This document shows positions 19,052 to 28,660 of a stretch of DNA of 64,000 bases, piece after piece; the stretch's first letter is position 1, and each line of letters begins with the position of its first letter. The position numbers were made by a program, and so were the translations under genes. The DNA is from Minisyncoccota bacterium. GTDB taxonomy: Bacteria; Patescibacteriota; Minisyncoccia; 2-02-FULL-40-12; GWA2-44-9. The notes under the pieces are model-generated. The model saw only the letters and a list, made by a program, of their open reading frames with translations, was not told the origin of the DNA and ran no database searches. Location: assembly GCA_030583765.1 (NCBI GenBank), contig CP129474.1, positions 201,709-265,708 of the forward strand, in the 5' to 3' direction.

Positions 19052-21237
19052 GAAAGAATGCTCCTATAGAGGCCGCCGTATGCCGCCCGCGACCGTGCAG
19101 AATCGTGCGCGCGAGCATGCTGAACGCTAGCCACACCCATACTACGACGCCTCGCCTCATCCACCAAGAGTAACTGCATGGCATCGGCTAGCGCCTCAAT
19201 ATCGTTCTGAGGCACGAGAATCGCATTTTCTTCAGAGACCGCATCTTCCGCCCCAGTGCCTTGTGTTGCGATAATAGGCAATCCAGATGCGGCAGCTTCT
19301 ACACACACAATACCAAAGCCCTCAACATGGGCCCCACTATTCACTGAAGGGAATACAAATAGCGCCGCTCCTTTATACAGTTTTTTTAAGCGCTCAGAAG
19401 AAGCTAGGTTCTCAAAGAAGACGTGTGCATCTAATCCAAGTTCACGCACCAATGCTCGCACACGATGCATATATGCTACGTCTCTCTGATCGCCAACAAT
19501 AATATAGCGCGCATCCGGAGCAGCGGATCTCGCTTGAGCAAACGCGGGGATACTTATGTGATATCCCTTTCGCTCTTTGAGAGCACCGACACTTAATATG
19601 TACAGTGGATGCTCTTCTTCGTGGCGTTGCGTAAACTCTTCTATATGAACTGCTGGATGAATAACATCGATGACTCCGGAAGAATAGATGCCTCGGATAC
19701 GTCGCTGCATGAATGAGCTAATCGCGATTCGCGCGCGCGCACCCTTAAGCGCAAGACGTGCAATATACATTATTGGCCAATGCTGTAACGGACCGAGAGA
19801 ATACGTCCCTACAAGAGTTATGACATATTTTCGCCGCACCATACGTGCAAGCACCCATGCCACAATGCCTAAGGGGTTTATATCAATCGCATGTATAGAA
19901 ATACTTGCTCGAACTAGGGGCAGCGCCCTCCACATCCCCCAGAGCATCTCCTGACGTCGCCCAAAGAGTGGTAGCGCACCACCCTCTTGAAAGCCGGCCA
20001 TAGTGACAACCCCGACTCTATATTGAGCATCGCGAAGCCCTTGCACAATGTCGGCAGAAAGTCTCCCCCAACCTGATACCAATCGCGCATCCGGAGTCAG
20101 AAATGTGATGATGTGCTGTGAGTAAAAAAGGGCAATATTCTTCGCCCGTTGATCCCACGTCATTTTTTGCACTTCTGTATATGCTCGCTCAATCATTTCA
20201 GAAGCGCCTTCGCCAACTAACGCGCGCTGTAGGCAACGCATTAATGAGTTTGGATCATCGGGGACAAACCATAACGCGCTCTCGTCGCTCAAAACTTCGC
20301 GAAGCGCGGGCACATCTGACGCTACAATGACACGCCGAGAAGCCATATATTCGAAAACTTTCAGTGGTGAGGTAAGCGTCCTCGAGCTTTCATAGCGACC
20401 CGAATTGGGAATCACGAGCACGTCCGCCGCGCATAAGAACATGGGCATCTCGTGGTGTGGCCGATGACCTATTATGTGAATGTTGGGAAAGTTCTGATAC
20501 CGCTCCTGAGCACGCTGCACGTCTTGAGGCATGCCCCCTACAAAGACAAAGTGTGTGTGGGGCATCTGTGTCGCCGTCTCAAGAAGTGTGTCAGCTCCTT
20601 TGTGCGGAAAGAGTTGGCCAGTGTACATGATAAGACGTCCATCAATCGGGAGATCGAGCATAGATCGAGCATCGTGGCGAGATAGAGATGTCTGAAAAAG
20701 AGATACATCAACGCCGTCAGGCGCCGAAAGTATGAGAGCATCAAAAAAGCCATGATCCACAAAGGCTTTACGAATTGACTCATTAATAACTACAAGGCGA
20801 ACACCAGAACGACGAAGGTACCAATAGATAAAAGAGCGACGCTTTGAAAATGTGTGCGCTTCAAACACGATCCGCCGAGGAGAAATGATGGCAACACACA
20901 GTGCAACGAGCTCGTCGCGCGTATATACCAAATCAGCATCAGATCTCCACGCGTGCCACGCAAGAATGAGTCCTGAAAAAACCTGCTTACCCCAAAAGAG
21001 TAGTTTTTCTGGAAAAAATGGGTGTACCCATTCGGGTGCCCATACTCGCCTCACCGAAAAGACACGAGGCACATTATAGTAGGCGAAAATGTCCTCTCCA
21101 ACCCTTGGGTGCCGCGTTGGGATGAGCAGTTCAGTGGAGATGCCGCTCTGCCCAAACGCTTTACACATATGGGCAATCTGTACGCCGTACGCCTTTTCAG
21201 TGGGGAGACGCTGACTACTGATGTAGAGAAGCTTCAT
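19048..21237 (-). CDS. Tandem two-module GT4 glycosyltransferase (fused double GT-B)
   Basis: 729 aa with two GT4-like halves, each carrying an EGFGIV/E-x7-E-like C-terminal motif (first half ...FPSVNSGAHVEGFGIVCVEAAASGLPIIAT). Confidence 0.7.
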   Translation of the reverse strand: MKLLYISSQRLPTEKAYGVQIAHMCKAFGQSGISTELLIPTRHPRVGEDIFAYYNVPRVFSVRRVWAPEWVHPFFPEKLLFWGKQVFSGLILAWHAWRSDADLVYTRDELVALCVAIISPRRIVFEAHTFSKRRSFIYWYLRRSGVRLVVINESIRKAFVDHGFFDALILSAPDGVDVSLFQTSLSRHDARSMLDLPIDGRLIMYTGQLFPHKGADTLLETATQMPHTHFVFVGGMPQDVQRAQERYQNFPNIHIIGHRPHHEMPMFLCAADVLVIPNSGRYESSRTLTSPLKVFEYMASRRVIVASDVPALREVLSDESALWFVPDDPNSLMRCLQRALVGEGASEMIERAYTEVQKMTWDQRAKNIALFYSQHIITFLTPDARLVSGWGRLSADIVQGLRDAQYRVGVVTMAGFQEGGALPLFGRRQEMLWGMWRALPLVRASISIHAIDINPLGIVAWVLARMVRRKYVITLVGTYSLGPLQHWPIMYIARLALKGARARIAISSFMQRRIRGIYSSGVIDVIHPAVHIEEFTQRHEEEHPLYILSVGALKERKGYHISIPAFAQARSAAPDARYIIVGDQRDVAYMHRVRALVRELGLDAHVFFENLASSERLKKLYKGAALFVFPSVNSGAHVEGFGIVCVEAAASGLPIIATQGTGAEDAVSEENAILVPQNDIEALADAMQLLLVDEARRRSMGVASVQHARAHDSARSRAAYGGLYRSILS

Positions 21238-21302
21238 AGGAGTTCACGATACTCTACGAATAAATAGACGCGCGGTCAATTGCTTTTTAGCTGCAAAAAT
21301 AT

Positions 21303-22148
21303 ATGATGGTGCCAGATTTCTCCTTTATGATCACATTCCGCTCTCTTGGGCAACTAGGGCGATTCGGCAACCAGCTTTTTCAATATGCAGGGACGCGCCT
21401 CTATGCAGAAACCCACGGCTTCGCGCATGCATTCCCCACGTGGATAGGCGCTCAAGTATTCAATAATATTGCCACCTACACTCTCACAGAACAGCTTCTC
21501 GCAAGCATCCTGCCGACAATCCAACTCGATGATATCCAGTCGTATGGCGTCAAACAAAAGATTGCTTTCGCTCTTGGCCTCTCACCCTCACTGCCATACA
21601 CCGTCTCCCTATCAAGTCTCTACGCTCATCCGCGTGATCACAAAAATCTTTTTGGATATCTCCAAGATCACAAAAGTCTCTCCCTCTTAGCGCAGCACAA
21701 AGAAAAGGTGCGCACGTGGTTCTCGTTTCATGACAAGATAAGCTCCGCGTACACGAAAGCAACGCGCAATCTAAGCCCATGGATCGGCGTCCATGTGCGC
21801 AGAGGAGATCTCGTAAAGCGCGGCGTTACTGTGCCGCTGCACTCATTCTTAGAAAAGCTCGATAGCGTGCGAAACGGTCGGCCGGTTTTCGTTGCATCCG
21901 ACGACCCTAATATGCATTCCGAATTTGCACACTGTGATCCGATCCGCATACGCAACCCATTACCTGAAGTACCGCGAGAAATTTTCGATTTTTGGATGCT
22001 CACGCAGAGCCGTGCGATCATTGGTTGTGGATCAACATTCTCATGGTGGGCAGCATATATAAGTGGAACGCAAGAATACTACGCCCCGCTTCTTACGCAT
22101 CTCTGGCCCGCTGGATACATCCCCGTGCTTGAGCAACAATCAATATGA
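21303..22148 (+). CDS. GT11-family alpha-1,2-fucosyltransferase-like glycosyltransferase
   Basis: GT11 signature motifs GRFGNQLFQYA (motif I), HVRRGDLV and STFSWWAAY. Confidence 0.75.
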   Translation: MMVPDFSFMITFRSLGQLGRFGNQLFQYAGTRLYAETHGFAHAFPTWIGAQVFNNIATYTLTEQLLASILPTIQLDDIQSYGVKQKIAFALGLSPSLPYTVSLSSLYAHPRDHKNLFGYLQDHKSLSLLAQHKEKVRTWFSFHDKISSAYTKATRNLSPWIGVHVRRGDLVKRGVTVPLHSFLEKLDSVRNGRPVFVASDDPNMHSEFAHCDPIRIRNPLPEVPREIFDFWMLTQSRAIIGCGSTFSWWAAYISGTQEYYAPLLTHLWPAGYIPVLEQQSI

Positions 22149-23917
22149 TACGCCGCCTATTTAAACGCCTCTATCGAGCAGTATTCAAAAATCGATTCAT
22201 CACTCCACTGATAGAAGTGAGGCCGTTCAACGTATTCAATTATATCGCCTACGCTCTTGATTATGCGGTATACCGTCGCATGCTTGGAGCTCAACGCGAC
22301 AGCGTTTCACTGTGGCCACAACTTGGAGAAAAAACACCGCGCACATCAATTGATCCACACTATTTTCATCAGGGAGTATGGACTGCTCAAAAAATTGCAC
22401 ACGCGAAGCCGGGGCGACACGTAGATGTCGGGTCGCAGGCGGATCTGATCGGCTTTCTCACCACGCTTACGCATGTCACCTTCGTTGACCTTCGCCCATT
22501 GCCAGTGCGTATTGCTAATCTGGAAAATATAAAGGGAGATATTCTCCATCTTCCATTCTCGAATAATTCGGTTGACTCTCTTTCATGCCTCCATGTAGCT
22601 GAGCACGTGGGGCTTGGACGATATGGCGATCGCCTTGATCCCGATGGGACTATAAAAGCCTGCGCTGAGCTTTCTCGAGTACTTGCGCCAAATGGCAACC
22701 TCTATTTTTCGATACCGATCGGTTCACCGCGAACATTTTTTAATGCTCACCGCATACATGCACCCGAAACAATCCGGAGATATTTTAGTGAACTATCTCT
22801 GGTTGAATTTTCAGCAATCGATGATCGTGGCAACGTCATACGCAACGCAAACATGGAACAACTGCGCCACGCTAAATATGCCTGCGGACTCTTCCATTTT
22901 ACAAAGAAAGATCCGGCCCAAGTGCAAAATATCCTTATTATCAAAATGGGCGCTGCAGGAGATGTCGTCCGCACTACAGCACTACTGCCCGGCTTACAAG
23001 AGAAATATCGGGGAGCAACGATCGATTGGCTTACCCAGCCACGTATGGAACCCCTCCTGCGCGACAACCCGCACATCGATCGCATTCTTATAGCGCCGAC
23101 CGATGCGTGGCGCGAACGTGAATACCAACTGGTTATTAATCTCGATGAAGAAGAGGAGGCATGCCGCATTGCGTCGGCAGCAAGAACGCAACGTATTTTT
23201 GGCGCGTATATAGATGGTGACAAAATATCATACACTAATGATGCCGCGCCGTGGTTCGATATGGGCCTGATATCGAGATATGGAAAAACAAGGGCGGATG
23301 AATTGAAAAAACTAAACCGGAAAACATACCAGGAGCTTTGTTATGAAATGCTCGATATCCCCTATAGAAAGCAAGAGCCGCATTTCCCTCTCTCGGGCGT
23401 CGACACAGCATTTGCACAGCAATTTGCAGAAAGATACGGCATAAAAAAGAATACGCGCGTCATTGGCATAAATCCTGGCTCTAGTAAGCGATGGGTCGAC
23501 AAGCGCCTTCAGGTGCACGAGGCGCGGGCCCTTATAGCTGGACTCCGCGGGAAATATCCAGATGCGAAAATCATACTTTTTGGAGGACCAGAAGAGCGTG
23601 AATACATTAGCGCAATCATTGAAGCGACGCGAGATCTCAGTATTATCGACGCGGGAATTGAAAACTCCCTTGGGCAATTTGCGGGCCTTATTAATCTTTG
23701 CTCCGACGTCATCACTAGTGATAGCATGGCCCTCCACATTTCCACTGCGCTAAAGAAAAAAGTGGTCGCCTTCTTTGGCCCGACGTCACCATGGGAAATA
23801 GAGCTCTATAATCTCGGAACAAAAATACTCCCCGTACGTGGATGTCTAAGTTGCTATAATAAAAACTGTAACACACCTCCCGAATACGACATTGACGCTC
23901 TTATAAAAGAAGCCTAG
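22145..23917 (+). CDS. Bifunctional fusion: N-terminal SAM-dependent methyltransferase domain + C-terminal GT9 heptosyltransferase-like domain
   Basis: N-terminus HVDVGSQADLIGFL...DSLSCLHVAEHVG (Methyltransf_11/DUF268-like). C-terminus ILIIKMGAAGDVVRTTALLPGL...IDWLTQP (GT9 ADP-heptose transferase hallmark). Confidence 0.65.
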   Translation: MIRRLFKRLYRAVFKNRFITPLIEVRPFNVFNYIAYALDYAVYRRMLGAQRDSVSLWPQLGEKTPRTSIDPHYFHQGVWTAQKIAHAKPGRHVDVGSQADLIGFLTTLTHVTFVDLRPLPVRIANLENIKGDILHLPFSNNSVDSLSCLHVAEHVGLGRYGDRLDPDGTIKACAELSRVLAPNGNLYFSIPIGSPRTFFNAHRIHAPETIRRYFSELSLVEFSAIDDRGNVIRNANMEQLRHAKYACGLFHFTKKDPAQVQNILIIKMGAAGDVVRTTALLPGLQEKYRGATIDWLTQPRMEPLLRDNPHIDRILIAPTDAWREREYQLVINLDEEEEACRIASAARTQRIFGAYIDGDKISYTNDAAPWFDMGLISRYGKTRADELKKLNRKTYQELCYEMLDIPYRKQEPHFPLSGVDTAFAQQFAERYGIKKNTRVIGINPGSSKRWVDKRLQVHEARALIAGLRGKYPDAKIILFGGPEEREYISAIIEATRDLSIIDAGIENSLGQFAGLINLCSDVITSDSMALHISTALKKKVVAFFGPTSPWEIELYNLGTKILPVRGCLSCYNKNCNTPPEYDIDALIKEA

Positions 23918-23939
23918 TATTCTCTTTATCTAAAATACC

Positions 23940-24866
23940 ATGAATAAAGTACTTGTACTCGGTGGAACTGGATTCCTTGGCACTCAAGTTATGCGATTGG
24001 CTCGTGAGCAGGGGTATGATCCCGTATCTCTCTCTCGAGGCGAAGGGACGGATATTCGTAATTTCGACCAGCTCTCCGCACGACTAGCGGAAATCAAGCC
24101 GGACGTTATCCTTAACTGCGCTGGACACGTAGGGAATGTGCACTACGTAACAAAAATGGCCGGAGACGTTATTCATGATAACGTACAGATGGCCATTAAT
24201 CTTTACCGAGCAGTAAAAGATGTTGTGCCACATGCGAAGATTGTGAACCCCTTTGGCAACTGCTCCTACCCTGGAAGCGCTGACGTGCAGCGAGAAACGC
24301 AATGGCAAGATGGGCCCGTCCATGACTCCGTTCTTGCTTTCGGCTTTGTAAAGCGTGTCCAGCATACACTTGCCGAGTCATATCGAAAACAATACGGCAT
24401 TAAGACTGTAAACTGGCTCGTGTGCAATCCATATGGACCAGAAAACCATATCAATCTTGATAAAATGCACGCCCTGAACGGCATCATTATTCGCATGATG
24501 CGCGCTCAGCAAAATGGAGATAAGACTTTTGAGATTTGGGGAACGGGAACACCTATACGTGAATGGCTCTACATTACCGATGCAGCACGCATAATGGTTC
24601 ACTCCATTGAACACGTAGCCGAGCAAACGCACCCGGTCAACGTCGCCAAAAAACAGGGTTACTCGATTAAAGAAATTGCCGAACTCGTCTCGAAAATACT
24701 TGAATATCCAGTTGAATTCGTATACAAAACCGACATGCCTGACGGAGCTCCCGTAAAAATCATGGATGATGCACTGTTCCGATCAAAATACCCAGATTTT
24801 ACATTCACGAAATTAGAAGATGGCATTCGAGAGACAATAGCGCACTTTAAGCCAATGCTTGTATAA
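23940..24866 (+). CDS. fcl: GDP-L-fucose synthase (GDP-4-keto-6-deoxymannose 3,5-epimerase/4-reductase)
   Basis: VLVLGGTGFLG Rossmann motif. NPFGNCSYPG...YRKQYGIKTVNWLVCNPYGPENH and WGTGTPIREWLYITDAA align with Fcl motifs. Confidence 0.7.
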   Translation: MNKVLVLGGTGFLGTQVMRLAREQGYDPVSLSRGEGTDIRNFDQLSARLAEIKPDVILNCAGHVGNVHYVTKMAGDVIHDNVQMAINLYRAVKDVVPHAKIVNPFGNCSYPGSADVQRETQWQDGPVHDSVLAFGFVKRVQHTLAESYRKQYGIKTVNWLVCNPYGPENHINLDKMHALNGIIIRMMRAQQNGDKTFEIWGTGTPIREWLYITDAARIMVHSIEHVAEQTHPVNVAKKQGYSIKEIAELVSKILEYPVEFVYKTDMPDGAPVKIMDDALFRSKYPDFTFTKLEDGIRETIAHFKPMLV

Positions 24867-24872
24867 ATATTT

Positions 24873-25832
24873 ATGGATAATACACATATGAAAGTTCTTG
24901 TTACAGGTGGCGCAGGATATGTCGGCACAACGCTGGTGCCACAACTTCTAGAAAAAGGCTACGAGGTGACTGTTCTCGATCGCCTCATGTGGGGCGGTGC
25001 CGTTTTGATCCCATTCTTTAAACATCCCAATTTCCACTTCATTAAAGGAGATGTAAGGAATGAAGAGCTCATGAAAAAAGTGGTTGCTGATAAGGACGTT
25101 ATTATTCATTTAGCAGCAATAGTTGGATTTCCAGCATGTGACGCAAACCCTATCATGGCAGATACAACAAATGTTGAATCCTGCCGCATTCTCAGTAAAT
25201 TAGTGAGCAAAGGCCAGCATGTTATTTTTGCCTCCTCTGGATCTAACTACGGGCGCGTTGTCGGCCAAGTTTGCACAGAAGAAACACCAGTTAACCCTAT
25301 TAGCCGCTACAGCAGAAATAAGCTAGAAGGGGAGAAAATATTAATGGAGGGCACCACGTGCACCGCCCTACGACCTGGGACGGCATTTGGAGTTTCTCCT
25401 CGATTGCGCCTCGATCTCCTTCCTCACGAACTTACACTCCAAGCACTCAAAACAAAAAGCATTGTACTCTATGAAGCATGGGCGATTCGTCCCTTCATTC
25501 ATGTACACGACTTTGGGCGCGCATTCGTGTTCGCGGTTGAGCATAAAGATGCTATGAAAAATCAAATCTATAACCTCGGGGCGGACCCGCTCAACTACAC
25601 CAAGCGACAGATCGCGGATCTTGTTGCAACGCACACTGGCGCGACCGTTGAAGAATCAAATGCGTGGCAGGATCCAGATCAGCGCCACTATCAGGTCTCT
25701 TATAAGAAGCTGCATGACGTTGGGTATCGACACACGATTAGCATGGAAGACGGCATCAAAGAACTACTTCGCGTGCTCCCCGTAGCAACACTCTTCAACC
25801 CGTACTCAAACCAAAACGAAATGCTCGGTTAG
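24873..25832 (+). CDS. NAD-dependent epimerase/dehydratase family protein (GalE-like SDR)
   Basis: VLVTGGAGYVGTTLV, SSGSNYG and YSRNK (S/Y/K catalytic triad). It is not Gmd-like (the GxTGQDGSYLAE motif is absent). Confidence 0.65.
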   Translation: MDNTHMKVLVTGGAGYVGTTLVPQLLEKGYEVTVLDRLMWGGAVLIPFFKHPNFHFIKGDVRNEELMKKVVADKDVIIHLAAIVGFPACDANPIMADTTNVESCRILSKLVSKGQHVIFASSGSNYGRVVGQVCTEETPVNPISRYSRNKLEGEKILMEGTTCTALRPGTAFGVSPRLRLDLLPHELTLQALKTKSIVLYEAWAIRPFIHVHDFGRAFVFAVEHKDAMKNQIYNLGADPLNYTKRQIADLVATHTGATVEESNAWQDPDQRHYQVSYKKLHDVGYRHTISMEDGIKELLRVLPVATLFNPYSNQNEMLG

Positions 25833-26980
25833 GGCAGAAGAGATACGAAAAACTGAAAAAACCGCCGACGAACCTCTGTATACGCATAGTGGGCTTTAAT
25901 AAATGCCCGGCCCGCTACTCCGAAACGCTTTCGCTGAGCAGCATCTTGCGCCATTCTCACCATAGCATCCATAAGCGCATCACTATCCTGAGGCGGCACA
26001 AGCAATCCTGTCTCGCCATCACGAACTACTTCGCTCATAGAGCCGGAATGCGTTGCAATAACCGGCAGCTCCATAAGCGAAGCCTCGGCCATAGAATAAC
26101 CGAATTGTTCCTCCCACCCACCATACGGGATGCTCGGATAGACAAATACATCGGATCTATTCAGAATATCGCGCACGCTCTCGCGCGAAGTCCATGGAAT
26201 GCGCTCCACATATGCCTCTAGCCCACGTTCCACGATCGCGTTTTGTATGACAGATTCCTCTTCACCAGAACCAGCAAGAATAAATCTGACGTTTGTATGT
26301 CTACGGAGAACCTCAGATAATGCATCGAGTAGGTAGAGAAGCCCCTTGCGAACACCGATCGCCCCAATGAAGGTAAATGTACAGACATCGGCATGCCCCT
26401 CGTCCCGTGATGGCGCAAAGAAGGCATCGTCTACGCCGCTCATTGGAATGATGGCGGTGTGTTTAAAAAATGGAGCATGAATCCGCTCACTTTTCTCGTT
26501 GCCGCATACTATTCCGTGTGCGAGTAGTCCATGCACCCTAAGTAGGAGTTGCTTGATCGCAAGATGCACGCCCTTTAACTTTTGTTCATACGGAACATTC
26601 TCCCACGAAAAAAGCACGAGCCTTTTGCGCATGAGACGCGACCAGAGAGCAACATACAGCGTCGATAATAACGTGGGTTCGCCGCACCAATAGACAAGAT
26701 CGACTTTTCTCCGATGTCGGAACAGGAACAACGGAAAAAACGGCATCCATCCTTTCAGAAGGCCTCCAATAACTGGGTAGTGCGAGTGGTGAAAAAAGGT
26801 TGATGTTATATGCACGCCCTTCCACTGCGGAGGGGTATAGATGAATGCCCCTTGTTTGATGGGCCAGCGGGCGGGCAAGAGAAAGAGCATTCCATCATCC
26901 GCGGGATGCTCATTATCTAAGAAGAAAGTTTTTAGGTAGTTCTCCCGCACATAAGGAAAACCCGCAATGAGAATCTTCAT
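25829..26980 (-). CDS. GT4 glycosyltransferase
   Basis: C-terminal GT-B motif EEQFGYSMAEASLMELPVIATHSGSMSEVVRDGETGLL. Last gene of the minus-strand GT operon. Confidence 0.75.
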   Translation of the reverse strand: MKILIAGFPYVRENYLKTFFLDNEHPADDGMLFLLPARWPIKQGAFIYTPPQWKGVHITSTFFHHSHYPVIGGLLKGWMPFFPLFLFRHRRKVDLVYWCGEPTLLSTLYVALWSRLMRKRLVLFSWENVPYEQKLKGVHLAIKQLLLRVHGLLAHGIVCGNEKSERIHAPFFKHTAIIPMSGVDDAFFAPSRDEGHADVCTFTFIGAIGVRKGLLYLLDALSEVLRRHTNVRFILAGSGEEESVIQNAIVERGLEAYVERIPWTSRESVRDILNRSDVFVYPSIPYGGWEEQFGYSMAEASLMELPVIATHSGSMSEVVRDGETGLLVPPQDSDALMDAMVRMAQDAAQRKRFGVAGRAFIKAHYAYTEVRRRFFQFFVSLLP

Positions 26981-27642
26981 GGTGATATTTTGCGCGCACG
27001 GACAATAAATTGGAATGCGAAAAAGCTCGGGAAAAAACGCGCTACGAAAGCAAGCTTGCCGGGGAAAAGGATGTGTCTCTCCTTTTCTATGGTAAATCCA
27101 ACATCACGGAGCGCACGCTGAAGCGAAGCGTATGTAAACCATCGAATGTGGCCAAAATCAAACATTCCTTGATCTTGGTATTCGAAGAAGCCGAACATAA
27201 ATCGAATACGGTTTGTCCAAGTAAGGAAGTTAGGGGTGGTAAGAATAATAAACCCATCGTTTCGAAGAGCGCTATGGCACTGACGAAGGAACGGCTTTGG
27301 GTCAAAAAGATGTTCGATCACCTCTGACGCTATGATGCCGTCGAACGGCTGGCCTATCACTTCTCTGGGCCACTCTTTTTCGATATCGCACACCCATGCG
27401 CCATCAAGCACGTTGCGCGCCGCCTCAACCGCACGAGGAGAAATGTCGACACCGAAGACCGCATGCCCACGCTCTTTGGCGTGTGCGCCAAGACGACCTT
27501 GAGCGCACCCGATGTCCAGAATACGAGAGGGGTGCGATGGCAGGAGAGATAGTATGCGATCGCGCCGCGTATGGCTCATACCGTATTGAGGGGCTTTGTG
27601 AAGATAATAATCAGTAGGCATAAGAGGAGAGGATGTCGTCAA
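26977..27642 (-). CDS. Class I SAM-dependent methyltransferase
   Basis: Motif I ILDIGCAQGRLGAHAKERGHAVFGVDISPRAVEAARN. The start may be an internal Met (27621 or 27579) given the 32-bp overlap with the upstream gene. Confidence 0.7.
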   Translation of the reverse strand: MTTSSPLMPTDYYLHKAPQYGMSHTRRDRILSLLPSHPSRILDIGCAQGRLGAHAKERGHAVFGVDISPRAVEAARNVLDGAWVCDIEKEWPREVIGQPFDGIIASEVIEHLFDPKPFLRQCHSALRNDGFIILTTPNFLTWTNRIRFMFGFFEYQDQGMFDFGHIRWFTYASLQRALRDVGFTIEKERHILFPGKLAFVARFFPSFFAFQFIVRARKISP

Positions 27643-28660
27643 TCTCTATGGCAAGTTGGCGCGTAGATGCCTGACGTACATACTGCAAACGCGCACCTTC
27701 TCCGAGCATTGTACGCAGTCCATGGTTATCCGCAAGCGTTTGGATGGCATGAGCTAGCGCGCGGGCATCGCCAGCGGGGACATAATAAATCGCTTTATCA
27801 TCAAAGAGCTCTCTCATCGCAGGAGTATCGGCACTAATGATCGCCCTACCAGATGCCGCAGCCTCGAAAATTTTATTTGGTATTACAAGATCTGTCTTCT
27901 GACTTGTACCAAAAATACCCAAGCATATGTCAGAATTCGCTATGTATTCTGCTAAATTCTTATATGAAACGGAATCAATGAAAGTTATTGAGGGCACTTC
28001 ATGAGCCATTTCACGAACTCGCACATACGTCTGCCCTTTTCCTATGAGGATCGCGCGTACATGCGTCTGGGGGCGCAGCATACGCATGGCCTCAACGATA
28101 ACTTCCACTCCGTGAAGCGGAATAAAAGTACCGTGAAAATGTACCACGATCTCCGAATGGGGAGCGCTCGACGCGCGTGGAAAGAATACTGATTCGTCAG
28201 TACCAACAAATATACGGTGAAAAAGTTCCCGTGGCAGCTTAAACTCGCGCATGAAAAAATCGATATGCGCCTGGGTGTCCAAAAGTACTTTATGTGCGAG
28301 CTTGCACGACCACGTATCAAGAAATCTATACCACCATGCGCGAATACTTTTTGTCCCTGCTTTTTTGCGATCTAAAATATATCCACCGTAGTGGGATGTA
28401 AACGCATCGAAAATAATAGATCCCCTAAACAGTAGGCGGGCTAAGAACATAACTTTTTGGCCAGGGAAAAGCACAAGCATTATAGAGAACGCCTCCTTGC
28501 GGCGCATATATTGCACGCATAAATCGATGTAGCCGCGAAGCCCCTCGTGCTCTGTGCGCATATGCGTAATGCTATACCCCGCCATTAAGCACGCCTGCGC
28601 AAGCACCCTATTGCGCGCATAGAGAGGATCATATGTTCCAAAGAAGAGAATGTTCTTCAT
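27611..28660 (-). CDS. GT4 glycosyltransferase
   Basis: GT-B architecture with a C-terminal E-x7-E-like region (IPNKIFEAAASGRAIISADTPAMRELF). 4-bp overlap with the upstream gene. Confidence 0.7.
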   Translation of the reverse strand: MKNILFFGTYDPLYARNRVLAQACLMAGYSITHMRTEHEGLRGYIDLCVQYMRRKEAFSIMLVLFPGQKVMFLARLLFRGSIIFDAFTSHYGGYILDRKKAGTKSIRAWWYRFLDTWSCKLAHKVLLDTQAHIDFFMREFKLPRELFHRIFVGTDESVFFPRASSAPHSEIVVHFHGTFIPLHGVEVIVEAMRMLRPQTHVRAILIGKGQTYVRVREMAHEVPSITFIDSVSYKNLAEYIANSDICLGIFGTSQKTDLVIPNKIFEAAASGRAIISADTPAMRELFDDKAIYYVPAGDARALAHAIQTLADNHGLRTMLGEGARLQYVRQASTRQLAIEIDDILSSYAY

